From: an uncultured Planctomycetaceae bacterium
GTDB lineage: Bacteria > Planctomycetota > Planctomycetia > Planctomycetales > Planctomycetaceae
Direction of reading: 5' to 3'
DNA: 64,000 nucleotides
Assembly (NCBI GenBank): GCA_963815195.1
Contig: CAWFGE010000021.1
Span: forward strand, 1-64,000
Below the pieces are notes generated by a model, which ran no database searches, was not told the origin of the DNA, and was given only the letters and a program-made list of their open reading frames with translations. Of the stretch, positions 1-11,206 are shown one piece after another. Position numbers and translations under genes: made by a program. The stretch's first letter is position 1. Each line of letters begins with the position of its first letter.

Positions 1-190
1 GAGCCATTGCTGCCAGGCCGTGGGCCGCAGCGCGATCAAGGCGGGCTTTTCGGTGCTCTACCGTTCGATCTTCGACGTGGTCCGCGACTTCCTGCACGAG
101 GCCGCGTTCGATGGCGATGACAAAACGTTGATGCGATACCTCAAGCCCGACCTGTTGATCATCGACGACATGGGCATGAAACAATTGCCC
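1..190 (+). pseudogene. istB: IS21-family IstB ATP-binding helper, 5' part (runs off window start; interrupted at 190)
   Basis: Translation ...GFSVLYRS...YLKPDLLIIDDMGMKQLP carries the IstB Walker B motif; similarity stops after the CCC codon at 188-190. Confidence 0.9.
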
Positions 191-228
191 CTATCCATCA
201 ACACACTGCTCATGAATCGCCCCGAGTA

Positions 229-543
229 ATGATCTGCTATCGTTATCACGCTTTCTATGGCGAAGAGGTCGAGGTCGTTCGCCGATTTGATGCGGCTCAT
301 CATCTCGTACGACTGCGAGACGATGTGCAACTCGCGATTCCGTGTTGGATGCTTGATCCCATCGCCTGCGGTCATTGTCCTGATGCGGACCATCCGCGAA
401 TCGGGATCGCGGCTCTGCTTGAGCTTCGTCGACTTCTGGACCACCAACCATTGTTTCACGCGGAGGCAGACTCTACGACTGAGGGAAACTCAATTCCTCA
501 AGGAGATCCTCATGCCGCGAAACGAAGTCCACCCTCCTCCTAA
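229..543 (+). CDS. Small accessory protein of the recombinase element (resembles Y4bD/Y4pK-type proteins); true N-terminus probably supplied on circularisation
   Basis: YRYHAFYGEEVEV...IPCWMLDP...ALLELRRLL pattern typical of small ORFs that precede these recombinases. Confidence 0.65.
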   Translation: MICYRYHAFYGEEVEVVRRFDAAHHLVRLRDDVQLAIPCWMLDPIACGHCPDADHPRIGIAALLELRRLLDHQPLFHAEADSTTEGNSIPQGDPHAAKRSPPSS

Positions 544-700
544 ACAACAGGTGTTTGCGTTCGCGCGGCTTGATCTGTGGGACAAGCTCCCGCAAGCCGT
601 CCGCGATGAGTGCCAACGTTTAATCACACAGCAGTTGAAACAATCCTTCCCCTCTCAATCTCAACAGGAGAACGTCGATGAACGAGAAGATTCGATCTGA
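512..700 (+). CDS. Small hypothetical protein overlapping the recombinase start
   Basis: ATG at 512 (MPRNEVHPPP...LWDKLPQAVRDECQRLITQQL...DEREDSI); its 3' end overlaps the recombinase ATG, a usual layout for this element type. Confidence 0.55.
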   Translation: MPRNEVHPPPKQQVFAFARLDLWDKLPQAVRDECQRLITQQLKQSFPSQSQQENVDEREDSI

Positions 701-2750
701 ACACCGAGAGCGAACCGCTTTTGTCTATGTCCGGCAATCCAGTGATCACCAAGTGCGGGAGCACCGCGAAGGTCAAAAACGGCAATATGCTCTGGCGGAT
801 TACGCCAGGCAGCTCAAGTTCCGCAAGGTTACGGTGATTGATGATGATCTCGGCCGCTCGGGCAGCGGACTTCAAGACCGCCCGGGATTCGCAAGATTGC
901 TCACGGCGGTCTGCGAAGGCGAAGCGGGGGCCGTTCTGGCTTTGGAGGCTTCGCGTTTGGCGCGAAACAACCGGGACTGGCATCACTTGATTGATCTCTG
1001 TGCGATCACGGAGACGTTAATCATCGATGAAGACGGCGTCTACGATCCGCGCCAACTCAATGATCGATTGCTGTTGGGGCTCAAGGGCAGTTTGGCGGAA
1101 TTTGAACTGGGACTATTGCGGCAACGTGCCCGAGCCGCCTATGAACAGAAAGTTCGCCGGGGTCATATCCTTTGGGAACCTGCCGTGGGTTTCGTGAAGA
1201 CGGAAGATCATCGGGTGGAGATGATTGCCGATCGGCAAGTGCAAGACGCCTTGCGCGGAGTCTTTCGCAAGTTTCGCGAACTGGGCAGCGCGCGTCAGAC
1301 AGCGCTCTGGTACGCTCAAGAGCAACTGCGGCTTCCTGAAGCCGTCCCCGGCACCTCGGGTCGCGAGACTCAGTAGCATATTCCAGGCCGGCACCGCATT
1401 CTGCAAATCCTAAAGAATCCGTGTTATGCGGGAGCTTTTGCCTGGGGACGGACGGTCTCACAAACAGTGGTCGAGAACGGCCGCGCGAAGAGTAACGGTC
1501 GAAAAAAGCGGCCTCGTGAGGAATGGAAAGTCTTGATTTTGGATCACCATCCCGGGTACATCACTTGGAAAGAGTATTTGCAAAATCAACAGGTTTTGGA
1601 GTCGAATCGAAACATGCCTGACGGAACCACACGAGGGGCAGCCAAAACCGGACCCGCACTTCTGGCCGGATTGCTGCGTTGCGGTCGCTGCGGCCGGATG
1701 ATGTTTACCAAGTACGGCGGCGCGGACGGCAATGTGCCGCGCTATGTTTGCAGCGGCGGAAGAACGCATCGCGGTTCGGCTCCCTGCTTGGCCATCGGAG
1801 GTCTGCGTTTGGATGAAGCGGTCAGTGAGACCGTTCTGGATGCCATCCAACCCGCGGGAGTCCAAGCCGCCCTCGCCGCGATGGACCAAGTGCTGCATGA
1901 AGACGAAGACAAGCGGCGCTCCCTCGAACTGGCGTTAGAGAAAGCTCGGTATGAGGCGGGACGAGCCCAAAAACAATACGACTTGGTCGATCCTGATAAC
2001 CGACTCGTGGCGGCGGAACTCGAAGCACGATGGAACGCAGCACTCAAACATGTGGCGGAGATGGAAAAACGTTTGGCCGAGTTGGATTCCCACGTCACCG
2101 TTCTTAGCGACCAGGATCGGCAACAATTGCTCAAACTGGGGGCGGACTTGAAGAAACTCTGGAGCCACTCCGCCACATCCGCGGAAACCAAGAAACGCAT
2201 CTTGCGAACGGTTCTTGTCGAAATCGTCGTCAACAGCCAAGACGATCCTCCGCAACATGATTTGCATTTGCACTGGCAAGGAGGAGTGCATACCGAACTG
2301 TTCGTCCGCCGGAACCCGCGTGGCAAGCATGGACGCGTGACCGATCAAACCGTTCGCGAGTTGATCACCGAACTCTCGAAGGTTTGCGACGACCGCGCGA
2401 TTGCTTCGATACTCAACCGCTTGGGCTATCGAACGGGCCAGGGAAACTCGTGGATCGCCTCGCGAATCGGTCAGGTGCGCTACCAATACCAGCTACCGAA
2501 TTTTCGGAAGAGCGAAGACTGGCTGACTCTGAGCCAAGCCGCCGAAATCTCAAATGTCAGCTTCACCGCCATTCGCCGCCTGATCAAGCTCGGCCACCTC
2601 CCGGCCAAACAAGTTGTCAAGTACGCACCCTGGATCATCGAACGAAAGGATTTGGAATTACCGGCCGTCAAGCGAACCATCCAAGCCATTCATTCGGGAA
2701 AACGAAGCCCATCAACCGACCGCCGACAGAAGGAATTACCCTTAAATTAA
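678..2750 (+). CDS. Large serine recombinase (resolvase + recombinase + Zn-ribbon + coiled coil + C-terminal HTH) with one in-frame TAG at 1374-1376
   Basis: YVRQSS catalytic motif, DDDLGRSGSG, SRLARN, LKNPCYAG, LLRCGRCG Zn ribbon; ORFs 678..1376 and 1467..2750 share a frame and are separated only by the TAG. Confidence 0.9.
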
Positions 2751-2791
2751 ACCCTTATTGGAGAGATGTAGCACTATGTCGAAACATACCC

Positions 2792-3223
2792 AAGCGAAGC
2801 GGGGAATGTTTGTTCGAGATCATCCTCCGCCGGCACGAAGTCAAAAGCACGATGATGACTTCCAACAGACCGTTACAAGATTGGGGCAAGCTTATCGGCG
2901 ATGTTCCCGCCGCGACCGCAATCTTGGATCGCTTCCTGGAACACGCCGAGATCATCCAGATCACCGGCCAAAGCTACCGCCTTCGCAACAAAACCGCAGA
3001 GAAAAGCGACGCGGAGGAAACGACTCCCCAGGACACCAAAACCAACCAAGAAAAGAAGCCCAAACGGGACGCCAAAACCGGCCAAACGCAGACGGGGAAT
3101 CAAAGCCCCAAAACCGGCCAAAGTGCCCACCGGGTCCAGGGCGAGAAATCCGCGGAGAAAAACTGCCCGGAAAATAAGCAAGCCAAACGCTCAAAGGACC
3201 AGAAAACCCCACCTGAGGCTTGA
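2792..3223 (+). pseudogene. istB: IS21-family IstB, 3' part, with a Lys/Gln/Thr-rich tail
   Basis: KRSGECLFEIILRRHEVKSTMMTSNRPLQDWGKLIGDVPAATAILDRFLEHAEIIQITGQSYRL is a canonical IstB C-terminal half. Confidence 0.9.
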
Positions 3224-3310
3224 GCCATTGAGGTCAAGCATCCGATAGCAAAACTGCCACCGACAGAAAAACTGTGCGACAAAGTTGCGGCACTAATCAT
3301 TCACACCCCT

Positions 3311-3360
3311 GTCGGTTTTGAAGTGCCCACCCCTGGCCGGTTTTAAAGTGCCCGGTGACA
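3311..3360 (+). repeat. IS21 right end with tandem subterminal repeats, ending ...GGTGACA
   Basis: Two copies of GGTTTT(G/A)AAGTGCCC then terminal CA, typical of IS21 ends; lies just downstream of istB. Confidence 0.8.
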
Positions 3361-3730
3361 TCTCGGCCTTATGGGAACGGATTGACAACTTCGATCCTGA
3401 AGTCGCCCATTGGAATGTCTTTGCCACGACGGTGATCGAACGCCAGGTGGCCACGCTCTGTGAGCAGCGGCAGGCCGACAAACGCGGATTCGTCGATCCG
3501 CCGATTTCGCTCAGCACGATGATTCCCGATTGCGATGACGAGTTGGTTCCATTGGAGGATTTGATCGAGCCAACTCATCAGCAGGCCCGGATTGGGATCT
3601 CGCGTCCGAACGAACTCGAACTCGCGGAATTGCGTTGTGAACTGGACGACGAGCTCGCCCGTCTGCCCGACGAGCTACGCGAACTCGCAGAGCAGTTGAA
3701 ACACTTTTCGTTGATGGAAATCTCGCGCCG
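3361..3730 (+). pseudogene. Fragment of a sigma-70/ECF-like (prophage-type) factor, 5' cut by IS21
   Basis: LWERIDNFDPEVAHWNVFATTVIERQ...LARLPDELRELAEQLKHFSLMEISRR resembles sigma regions 2 and 4; no start codon of its own after the IS end. Confidence 0.55.
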
Positions 3731-3930
3731 GACATCCACACCAGTTCGCGAAGCGTCAATCTTCCGGGGTCGAGTCCGAGGATGCCGACGAGTTCCCAAA
3801 TGAGGCGATCAGCTTCTTCACTACGTCGTCGGGATCGACTTCCTCGATCTTCGCTTCCGCGTGATCCAGCAGTCGGTCCACCACCTGCGTCGTCTTTCCG
3901 ATCACCTTCTTGATCGCCGCCCGCTGGACC
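3724..3930 (-). pseudogene. Remnant of a phage tail-assembly chaperone (two overlapping frames)
   Basis: One frame reads RAAIKKVIGKTTQVVDRLLDHAEAKIEEVDPDDVVKKLIASFGNSSASS; the overlapping frame reads LIWELVGILGLDPGRLTLRELVWM, like G/GT chaperone pairs. Confidence 0.5.
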
Positions 3931-4262
3931 GGTTCCCCGGAGCGGTTTTGTTTGATGCACAGGTAGTTCTTGGAAAATTGCTTGAGCAGGGCACGCACCG
4001 TGGCCGACCGGTCCCGGAAGACGCCATCGTTGCCCCAGGCCAACAGGACATCCTCGACGCCGACCAGAGCCTTCATGATCTCCTGGTCGTTCCGGGGACC
4101 GATCGGATCCGCAACGGTGCGGAGGACGCTTTTGTTCGTGGCCCGCCATGCAAACAGGTTGACGAGCACGATCCCACCGTACTCCCAGAAGCGGGCCAGC
4201 TTGATGCATTTGCTGACGGTCGGGTCATCGACCGTGGCATCCGCCGTGGACGGATTCAAGCA
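3931..4262 (-). pseudogene. DUF1643-family protein fragment
   Basis: LNPSTADATVDDPTVSKC...GGIVLVNLFAWRATN...DPIGPRND...LAWG signature; both ends missing. Confidence 0.75.
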
Positions 4263-4940
4263 GACATCGCCGCAACGCCTCCGCGCTTCCCGGTGACTTT
4301 TGCTTTTGGTGTCTGACCACATGGCGACCACGTCTTGCCCAAAAATGCCGTTAAGGACACGTTTGCTTCGTCTTGGAAATAGAGAATCGCCCTGTATTTC
4401 TCGACAGTTTTTCGAATTTTCGGCACGTCCGTCCGCAGCCAGTCTTGTCGAGATTCCTCGTCAAGTTCGTAATACTGACGTTCTGGTTTCTGATAGGTTA
4501 GGCCCGCTTCTCGCAATCGTCGCCAAATCGTGTCGTTGGAAACACGAATCCGATATTGATCTTCGATCACAGCGTGCAGTCGGCCCACAGTCCACAAATC
4601 GGACTCGTATCCAAAATCTGAAGCTGGTTGAAGGACGATGTTTCGAAGTTCATCTTCTGTCAAATCTTCGAGGGTTCTCGGGCGACCGCTAGTAGGTCGC
4701 CGCCGCAATCCTTCTTCACCGTCTTCATGAAACCGTTTCACCCAGCGATATACCGTTGAGCGATCTGTCTCATACGCATCCGCTACATCCGACATCGACC
4801 GGCCTCGGAGAACCGCTCTTACGGCACGCACGCGCATCTCATATGTCGAATTCTTTCGCTCATCCATGATGAGCGAGTTATCTATATGTTACGCAATTCA
4901 GTCAAGACGAATTGTTGCATTACTTTTGCGGTGAGCCATA
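4256..4940 (-). mobile_element. Truncated IS630-family element: left end plus transposase N-terminal half (ORF 4256..4867)
   Basis: HTH and winged-helix regions, first catalytic motif YFQDEA, then an abrupt end; left end reads TATGGCTCACCGCAAAAGTAATGCAACA from a TA at 4939-4940. Confidence 0.85.
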
Positions 4941-5072
4941 CCCGAGGTGTTCGAACATGGCGGCTTTTCCCTCCCAGTCGAGAAATTTCCCCGACGCGCT
5001 GCCGAAGATCAGGAACGCGGACAAAAGCCCGCTCATCACCCAGCCGATGGTTCGTTTGGTTCGCGGTTTCAT
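4938..5072 (-). pseudogene. DoxX-like membrane protein, N-terminal 45 codons, cut by IS630
   Basis: Manual translation MKPRTKRTIGWVMSGLLSAFLIFGSASGKFLDWEGKAAMFEHLGY ends at the IS630 TA target; lies right after yciI. Confidence 0.7.
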
Positions 5073-5095
5073 TGATTCCAGTCTCCGATCAAAAT

Positions 5096-5452
5096 CTAAA
5101 GTTGGGGCAGTCCTTGGACTTCCATGAGGGGGCGGATCTCTGCGGTTCCTCGCCGGGCGCCCGGAATCCGCGCCGCGATCGCAATCGCCTCATCCAGGTT
5201 TTCGACATCGATCAGGAAATATCCGCCCAACAGCTCCTTCGTTTCCGCATAGGGGCCATCGTGGAGGAGGGGCTTGCCGTCGCGGACGCGAACGCAGGTC
5301 GCCGTGGACGGGGGCTGCAAGGGGGAGGCGTCCCGGTACTGCCCCTCCGCGTGGAGTTGGTGGCAGATGTCGATCGATTCCTGGAGGGCCACGCGGTGCT
5401 CATCAGGCGGCCAAGCGCCTTCTTCCGCGTAGAGCAGAATGAGATATTTCAT
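5096..5452 (-). CDS. YciI/DGPF-domain protein
   Basis: MKYLILLY...ATCVRVRDGKPLLHDGPYAETKELLGGYFLIDV...AEIRP. Confidence 0.9.
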   Translation of the reverse strand: MKYLILLYAEEGAWPPDEHRVALQESIDICHQLHAEGQYRDASPLQPPSTATCVRVRDGKPLLHDGPYAETKELLGGYFLIDVENLDEAIAIAARIPGARRGTAEIRPLMEVQGLPQL

Positions 5453-5512
5453 GGGTGAACCTTTCGTAAGAATCCGGTTGTAAACGCCAAAAACTCCGGC
5501 TTTCACTCATTG

Positions 5513-5539
5513 GTCGAATAAGCTGCGGCCGAATCGACA
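5513..5539 (-). promoter_or_regulatory. ECF42-type promoter TGTCGA-N17-CGAC
   Basis: Matches the TGTCGA/CG(A/T)C motif known upstream of DGPF genes; about 60 bp upstream of yciI. Confidence 0.65.
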
Positions 5540-5616
5540 GCGTCGCCGAGATTTTTTGAAAAAAAACGGATGCCACGTTGGGCGATATTCGTTGGCCCAG
5601 CCATATGGACTTGCGT

Positions 5617-7109
5617 CTAGACGTCTGGGCCCGTGTTCTGACGGCCCAATGCGCGGGCGATCAAATAGCCGATCGGCCTTGCTAATAACGTCGCCGCGAG
5701 GATCGCAATCAAGCTCACGCAGATCGGGCGGGTGAAGAAGGGTTCCAGGCTGCCTTGGCTGGCGATGAGGGCGGCGCGGAGTTTTTCTTCGACCAAAGGA
5801 CCCAAGATCAAGCCGAGGATCATCGGAGCCAACGGGACTCGGCAGGCTTCCAAAAAGAAGCCCACGATGCCAAAGGCAATCATCACATACACATCGAACA
5901 GGCTGTTGTGGAGGGCGAACGCGCCGACGATGGAAAACACCAGGACCGAGACCAACACAATGTGCCGGGGCAGCTTGAGGATCCACGCGAAGAACTTGAT
6001 GCCCGCATAGCCGCAGGGGATCAACAGGAACTGCGTGATGAGGGCGATGGCGAAGATGGCATCCAAAAGTCCGCCGGATTCCTTGAACAACATCGGCCCC
6101 GGCCGAATCCCCTGCGTCACGAGCACGCCGAGCACGATCGCCGTCACCGCGTCGCCCGGGATGCCGAACACGAGCGCGGGGATCCAGGCCCCGGCGACGG
6201 CCGCGTTGTTCGCGCTGGTGGGGGCGATCACGCCTTCGGTCGAACCGTGGCCGAATTCCTCGCCGTTTCGGGACGTCCGCTTGGCGATGCCGTAGGCGCC
6301 CCACGCCGCGATGTCGGCCCCCGCGCGGGGAGTGCGCCGATGATCGTCCCCACAATCGCAGATTTCAAAACGGTCCAGCGTTTGATCCAGATCTCGGCGA
6401 AGGTTTCACCGATCGAGTTGTTTTTCGCTTCGGAAGCAGCCGACATCGCGAGCCGCTCGGGATGCCGCACGTTCCGCAAAACTTCCGAAAGCCCAAACAT
6501 GCCGATCATCACCGGAATGAAATGCAGCCCGGCCCGAGCATCCACGTTGCCGAAGGTGTACCGCGAAACGTAAGTGACCTGATCCTGCCCCACCGTCGCC
6601 ACGAACATGCCCAAGGCGGCGGACAATAGGCCTTTGCTGGTCTGGCCCATACTGACGAGCGCGCTCATCGCCAGCCCCAAGACGGCGAGCCAGAAGTATT
6701 CGTAGTCGCCGAACTGGAGGGCAAACCTCGCGAGTTGCGGGGCGATGAAAATCAGCATCGTCACGCCGATGAGCCCGCCCAGGCCGCTGCAGAACAAATC
6801 GAGCAACAGGGCCAGTTGGCCTTTGCCTTTCTTGGCGAGTTCGTGGCCGTCCAAGGTCGCGGCGGCGGACGCGGGGGTGCCGGGGATCCGCAAATAGGTG
6901 GCCGGGATGTCGCCGGCGAAGATCGCGGTGAAGCTCACGCCGATAATCATCGCCAACCCCGCCGTGGGATCGAGGTGGTAACTGATGGGCACGATGAGCG
7001 CGACGGCCATCGTCGCCGTCAAGCCGGGCGTGGCTCCCACGAACGTCCCCAGCACCATGCCCAAAAACCAGGGCGTCAAAACCTGAAGTTGCAGCAAACG
7101 CCAGAGCAC
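5617..7109 (-). CDS. tctA: Tripartite tricarboxylate transporter permease TctA, frameshift near 6325
   Basis: GATPGLTATMAVAL, IPGTPASAA, SANNAAVAGAWIPALVFGIPGD, PMILGLILG; two frames join near 6320-6330. Confidence 0.85.
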
Positions 7110-7268
7110 CGATCGTGCCTTTCTTTCCGTCCGATTGCCATGCGCGAGCGATGGCCGTTACGATGGTTTTTAAGATAAGAATTATCGGCAAGGCATGATT
7201 ATGCCGCCTTTGTTCAAAAACGCCAGTTCATCCGGCTTGGATTTACAGAATAGGAAAACAGGAATCGC

Positions 7269-10200
7269 ATGAAAAATTGTTGCGCACTGTTTTGTGCCAT
7301 CGCGATCGCGGTGGGGTTGGTCGATTCCGTCCTCGCTCAAAATCTCGAAGAGCATCTGAAAACCGAATCGCCGGCGGATCTTGCGAAAGCCGCCCGGGAA
7401 TCGGGCGATGCCCAGCGCGGGGCGATCGTGTTTCATCAACCGTATGTCGCCTGCACCAAATGCCATCGCGTGGACGGCTCGACCAACGGTCTCGGTCCCG
7501 ATTTGACGAAGCTCGATCCCAAACCCGACGATGCCCAACTCGTCGAAGCCGTGCTCTCGCCCTCCAAAACCATTCGCAAAGGTTTTGAATCCATCACCGT
7601 GCTGACCCGCGCGGGGATCACGATCAACGGCATCCTCGTCAAAAAGGATGACAAACAAATCGTGCTGCGGGATCTCTCCCGCGACGGCCAGCCGGTGACA
7701 ATTAAAGCCGACGAGATTGAAGACAGCCTGCCCGGCAAAAAGTCCGCGATGCCCGAAGGCCTCGCCAACCAGCTCACCAGCCGGCAGCAGTTTTTGGACT
7801 TGCTCAAGTACCTCATGGAAATCCGCGACGGCGGCTTGCCCCGCGCCCAGGAACTCCAACCGCCGCCGGCGCTGTTTGCACTGCGGATCCCGGAATACGA
7901 AAGCCACGTCGATCACGCCGGCCTGCTTCGCGACCTCGACGGGAAAGCCTACAAACGGGGCGAGGCGATTTATCTAAGGTTGTGCATCAACTGCCACGGC
8001 ACCGTCGATCGGCCCGGCTCGCTGCCCACGTCGCTGCGGTTCGCCACGGGCAAATTCAAAAACGGCAGCGACCCTTTCACCATGTATCAAACCCTCACTC
8101 GCGGATTCGGGCTGATGGTCCCGCAAGCCTGGATGGTCCCGCAGCAAAAGTACGACGTGATCCACTACGTCCGCGAAGCCTACCTCAAGCCCCGAAACTC
8201 TTCGCAGTATTTTGAAATCACTGACAGCTACTTAAAGAGCCTGCCTAAAGGCGACACCCGCGGCCCCGCTCCGCGCGTGATCGAGCCTTGGGTCACGATG
8301 GACTACGGCAGCGGCCTCATTAACACCTACGAAATCGGCAAGGGCGGCCAGAACTTCGCGTACAAAGGCATCGCCGCCCGACTCGACCCCGGGGCCGGCG
8401 GCGTCTCGCGCGGGCGGGCCTTTATGATCTTCGATCACGACACCTTCCGCATGGCCGGGGCCTGGACGGGGCGGGGCTTCATCGATTGGAACGGGATCCA
8501 CTTCAACGGCCGGCATCAAACGCATCCCAGCATCGTCGGCGATGTGATTCTCGAAAACCCCGACGGCCCCGGTTGGGCCAACCCCGAAACCGGCTCGTTC
8601 GCCGACGATCAGCGAATCCTCGGCCGCGACGGCAAACGCTATGGCCCCTTACCCAAAGATTGGGCCAACTACCGCGGTCTCTATGACCACGGCGACAAGC
8701 TCATCATCTCCTACCAAATCGGCCAGACGGACATCCTGGAAATGCCGGGAATGATCGCCGCCCCCGAGCCTTCAATAGAAGCCAAAGGAAAGCAAGGGAA
8801 TGAGGAATCCAAACCCCCGGCCCCGATTTTCACGCGGACATTCAACCTCGGCTCACGGGATCGCGAAATGATTCTCCTGGTGGCCACTTCCCCCGAAGAA
8901 CGTCCCCAACTCAACGAACTCGAACACATGGTGCAGTTGGGATCTTCGAAGCCCATGCCTCCAACGGCGAAGGTGCAGTTTGATGGAACAAGCTACGCCG
9001 AGGTTCCCAAGGGCGAGGCGTTCGATATGACCCATCACGACTTCACGATCGCCGCGCGGATCAAGACCAAACAAGGCGGCACGATCCTCGCGAAGACCCG
9101 GCCCGAAGGCAATTGGATTCCCAACGGCAAAACCTTCTTCGTGCGCGGCGGGCGATTGTGCTACGACATCGGTTGGGTGGGGGCCGTGCAGTCCCGGCAA
9201 CAAATCCATGATGGAAAATGGCATGAGGTGGCGCTGCGCTGGTATGAGAAATCCGCGCTGGCGGAATTATTCATCGATGGCCAGCCCGCCGGCCAAAAAA
9301 CGCTCCGGCCCAAAGCCGACGTCGAACAGCACGTGCTGCGGGTGGGTTACACCTCCCCCAACTTCCCCGGGCCAAACACGTTTTTCCAGGGCGAGCTCGC
9401 GGACGTGCGGTTCTATCAAACCGCTTTGGACGATGAACAACTCAAATCCCCCCGCCAGACAAAAACCAGGCCGATCGCCCATTGGGATTTTACGTCCCCC
9501 GCGAAAGCCGGGAAGATTGCCGATGCGAGTTCCGAGCACCATGACGGCACCTGGCACGCCGCGGGCAGCGGTTCTTCAAAGGGTCACATCGTTGCGGGAT
9601 TGTTTGAGCCGATAAAGGACGCGAAATGGTTCGCCGACGGGCCGCGGTTGTGCTTGAAGATTCCAGCGGGAACGAAGCCGCTCAAGTTCACATTATGGAT
9701 GACGACCGCGAAACCGAATCAATCGCCGGCCGACATCGCAGCCCGACTGCCGATCGATCGCGAAACTGTTGATTTGAAACAGTTCACAAAGGGCGGTCCC
9801 GCACATTGGCCGCAGAAGCTCACCACCCTTCCCCAGCTTGGCCCGGCCAACGGACCGTTCGCGGTGGATGTGCTCACGATCCCCGAAGCCAACCCCTGGC
9901 TGGCCCAGGTGCGACTCACCGGGATTGATTTTTATCCCGACGGCGACCGGGCCGCGATCACCGCCTGGGACGGCGATGTCTGGCTGTTGAGCGGTTTGAA
10001 CCGCCTCGGTCAAAAGGACGCCAAACTCACCTGGCAGCGGATTGCCAGCGGGTTGTTTCAACCGCTGGGCGTGAAGATCGTCGAGGGAAAAATCCACGTC
10101 ACCTGCCGGGATCAGTTGGTGATCCTCCACGATTACAACGGCGACGGCGAAACGGATTTCTACGAATGCTTCAACAACGACCACCAGGTCACCGATCACT

Positions 10201-11206
10201 TCCACGAATTCGCGATGGGCCTGCAAGTCGATGAAGCGGGCAATTTCTATTACGCCAAGTCCGCCCGCCACGCGCTCCCTGCCGTCGTGCCGCATCATGG
10301 GACGCTCTTAAGGATTTCCAAAGATGGCTCGAAGACGGACATCCTCGCCACCGGCTTCCGCGCCGCCAACGGCGTATGCCTGAACCCCGATGGCACCTTC
10401 GTCGTCACCGACCAGGAAGGCCATTGGAATCCCAAGAACCGCATCAACTGGGTCACCGAAGGCGGGTTTTACGGCAATATGTTCGGCTACCATGATGTGA
10501 CCGATTCCTCCGACGAGGCGATGCAGCCACCGTTGTGCTGGATCACCAACAGCTTCGACCGCTCGCCCGCGGAGCTTCTGTGGGTGCCGAAGGATGCCTG
10601 GGGGCCGCTCGCCGGTTCCTTATTAAATCTGTCCTACGGCTACGGCAAAATTTTCGTCGTCCCGTTTGAAGAACTCGCCGGCCACAAGCAGGGCGGGATG
10701 TGCGAACTGCCCATCGGCTCCCTGCCCACCGGCGTGATGCGCGGGCGGTTCCATCCGAAAGATCGGCAGCTTTACACCTGCGGCATGTTCGCCTGGGCGG
10801 GAAGCGCCACCGCGCCCGGCGGTCTTTACCGCATTCGGGCCACCGGTAAGCCCATGCATCTGCCCATCGGCCTCAAAGCCAAACAAGGCGAGATCCAAAT
10901 CACCTGGACCGATCCCTTGGACCGCGCCGCCGCGTCCGATCCGAAACAATTCGCCCTCAAAACCTGGGATCTCAAACGGACGGCCAACTACGGTTCCAAA
11001 CATTACAACGAAAAACCCCTCGCTGTCACCGCCGCGAGTCTTTCCAAAGACGGCAAAACCCTGATCCTGAAAACCCCCGACCTGAAGCCCACCTGGGGCA
11101 TGGAAATCCGCTGCCGACTCCACGACAAAAATGGCCGCGAGTTCAGCCGGGTGATCCACAACTCGATCTTCCACTTGGGCCAAAAAGAAAAACCAACGGA
11201 GGAACA

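Larger units (their letters stand above)
191..2791 (+). mobile_element. 2601-bp large-serine-recombinase insertion element (two small ORFs plus recombinase) inside istB
   Basis: Bounded by CCC at 188-190 and 2789-2791; removing it restores in-frame istB KQLP|KRSGECLFEII; contains a ~690-codon serine recombinase. Confidence 0.9.

Noticed and set aside
2384..3223. 279-aa ORF as a single gene
   Set aside because: It is a chimera: the first ~135 aa are an alternate frame of the recombinase element and the rest is the istB 3' half.
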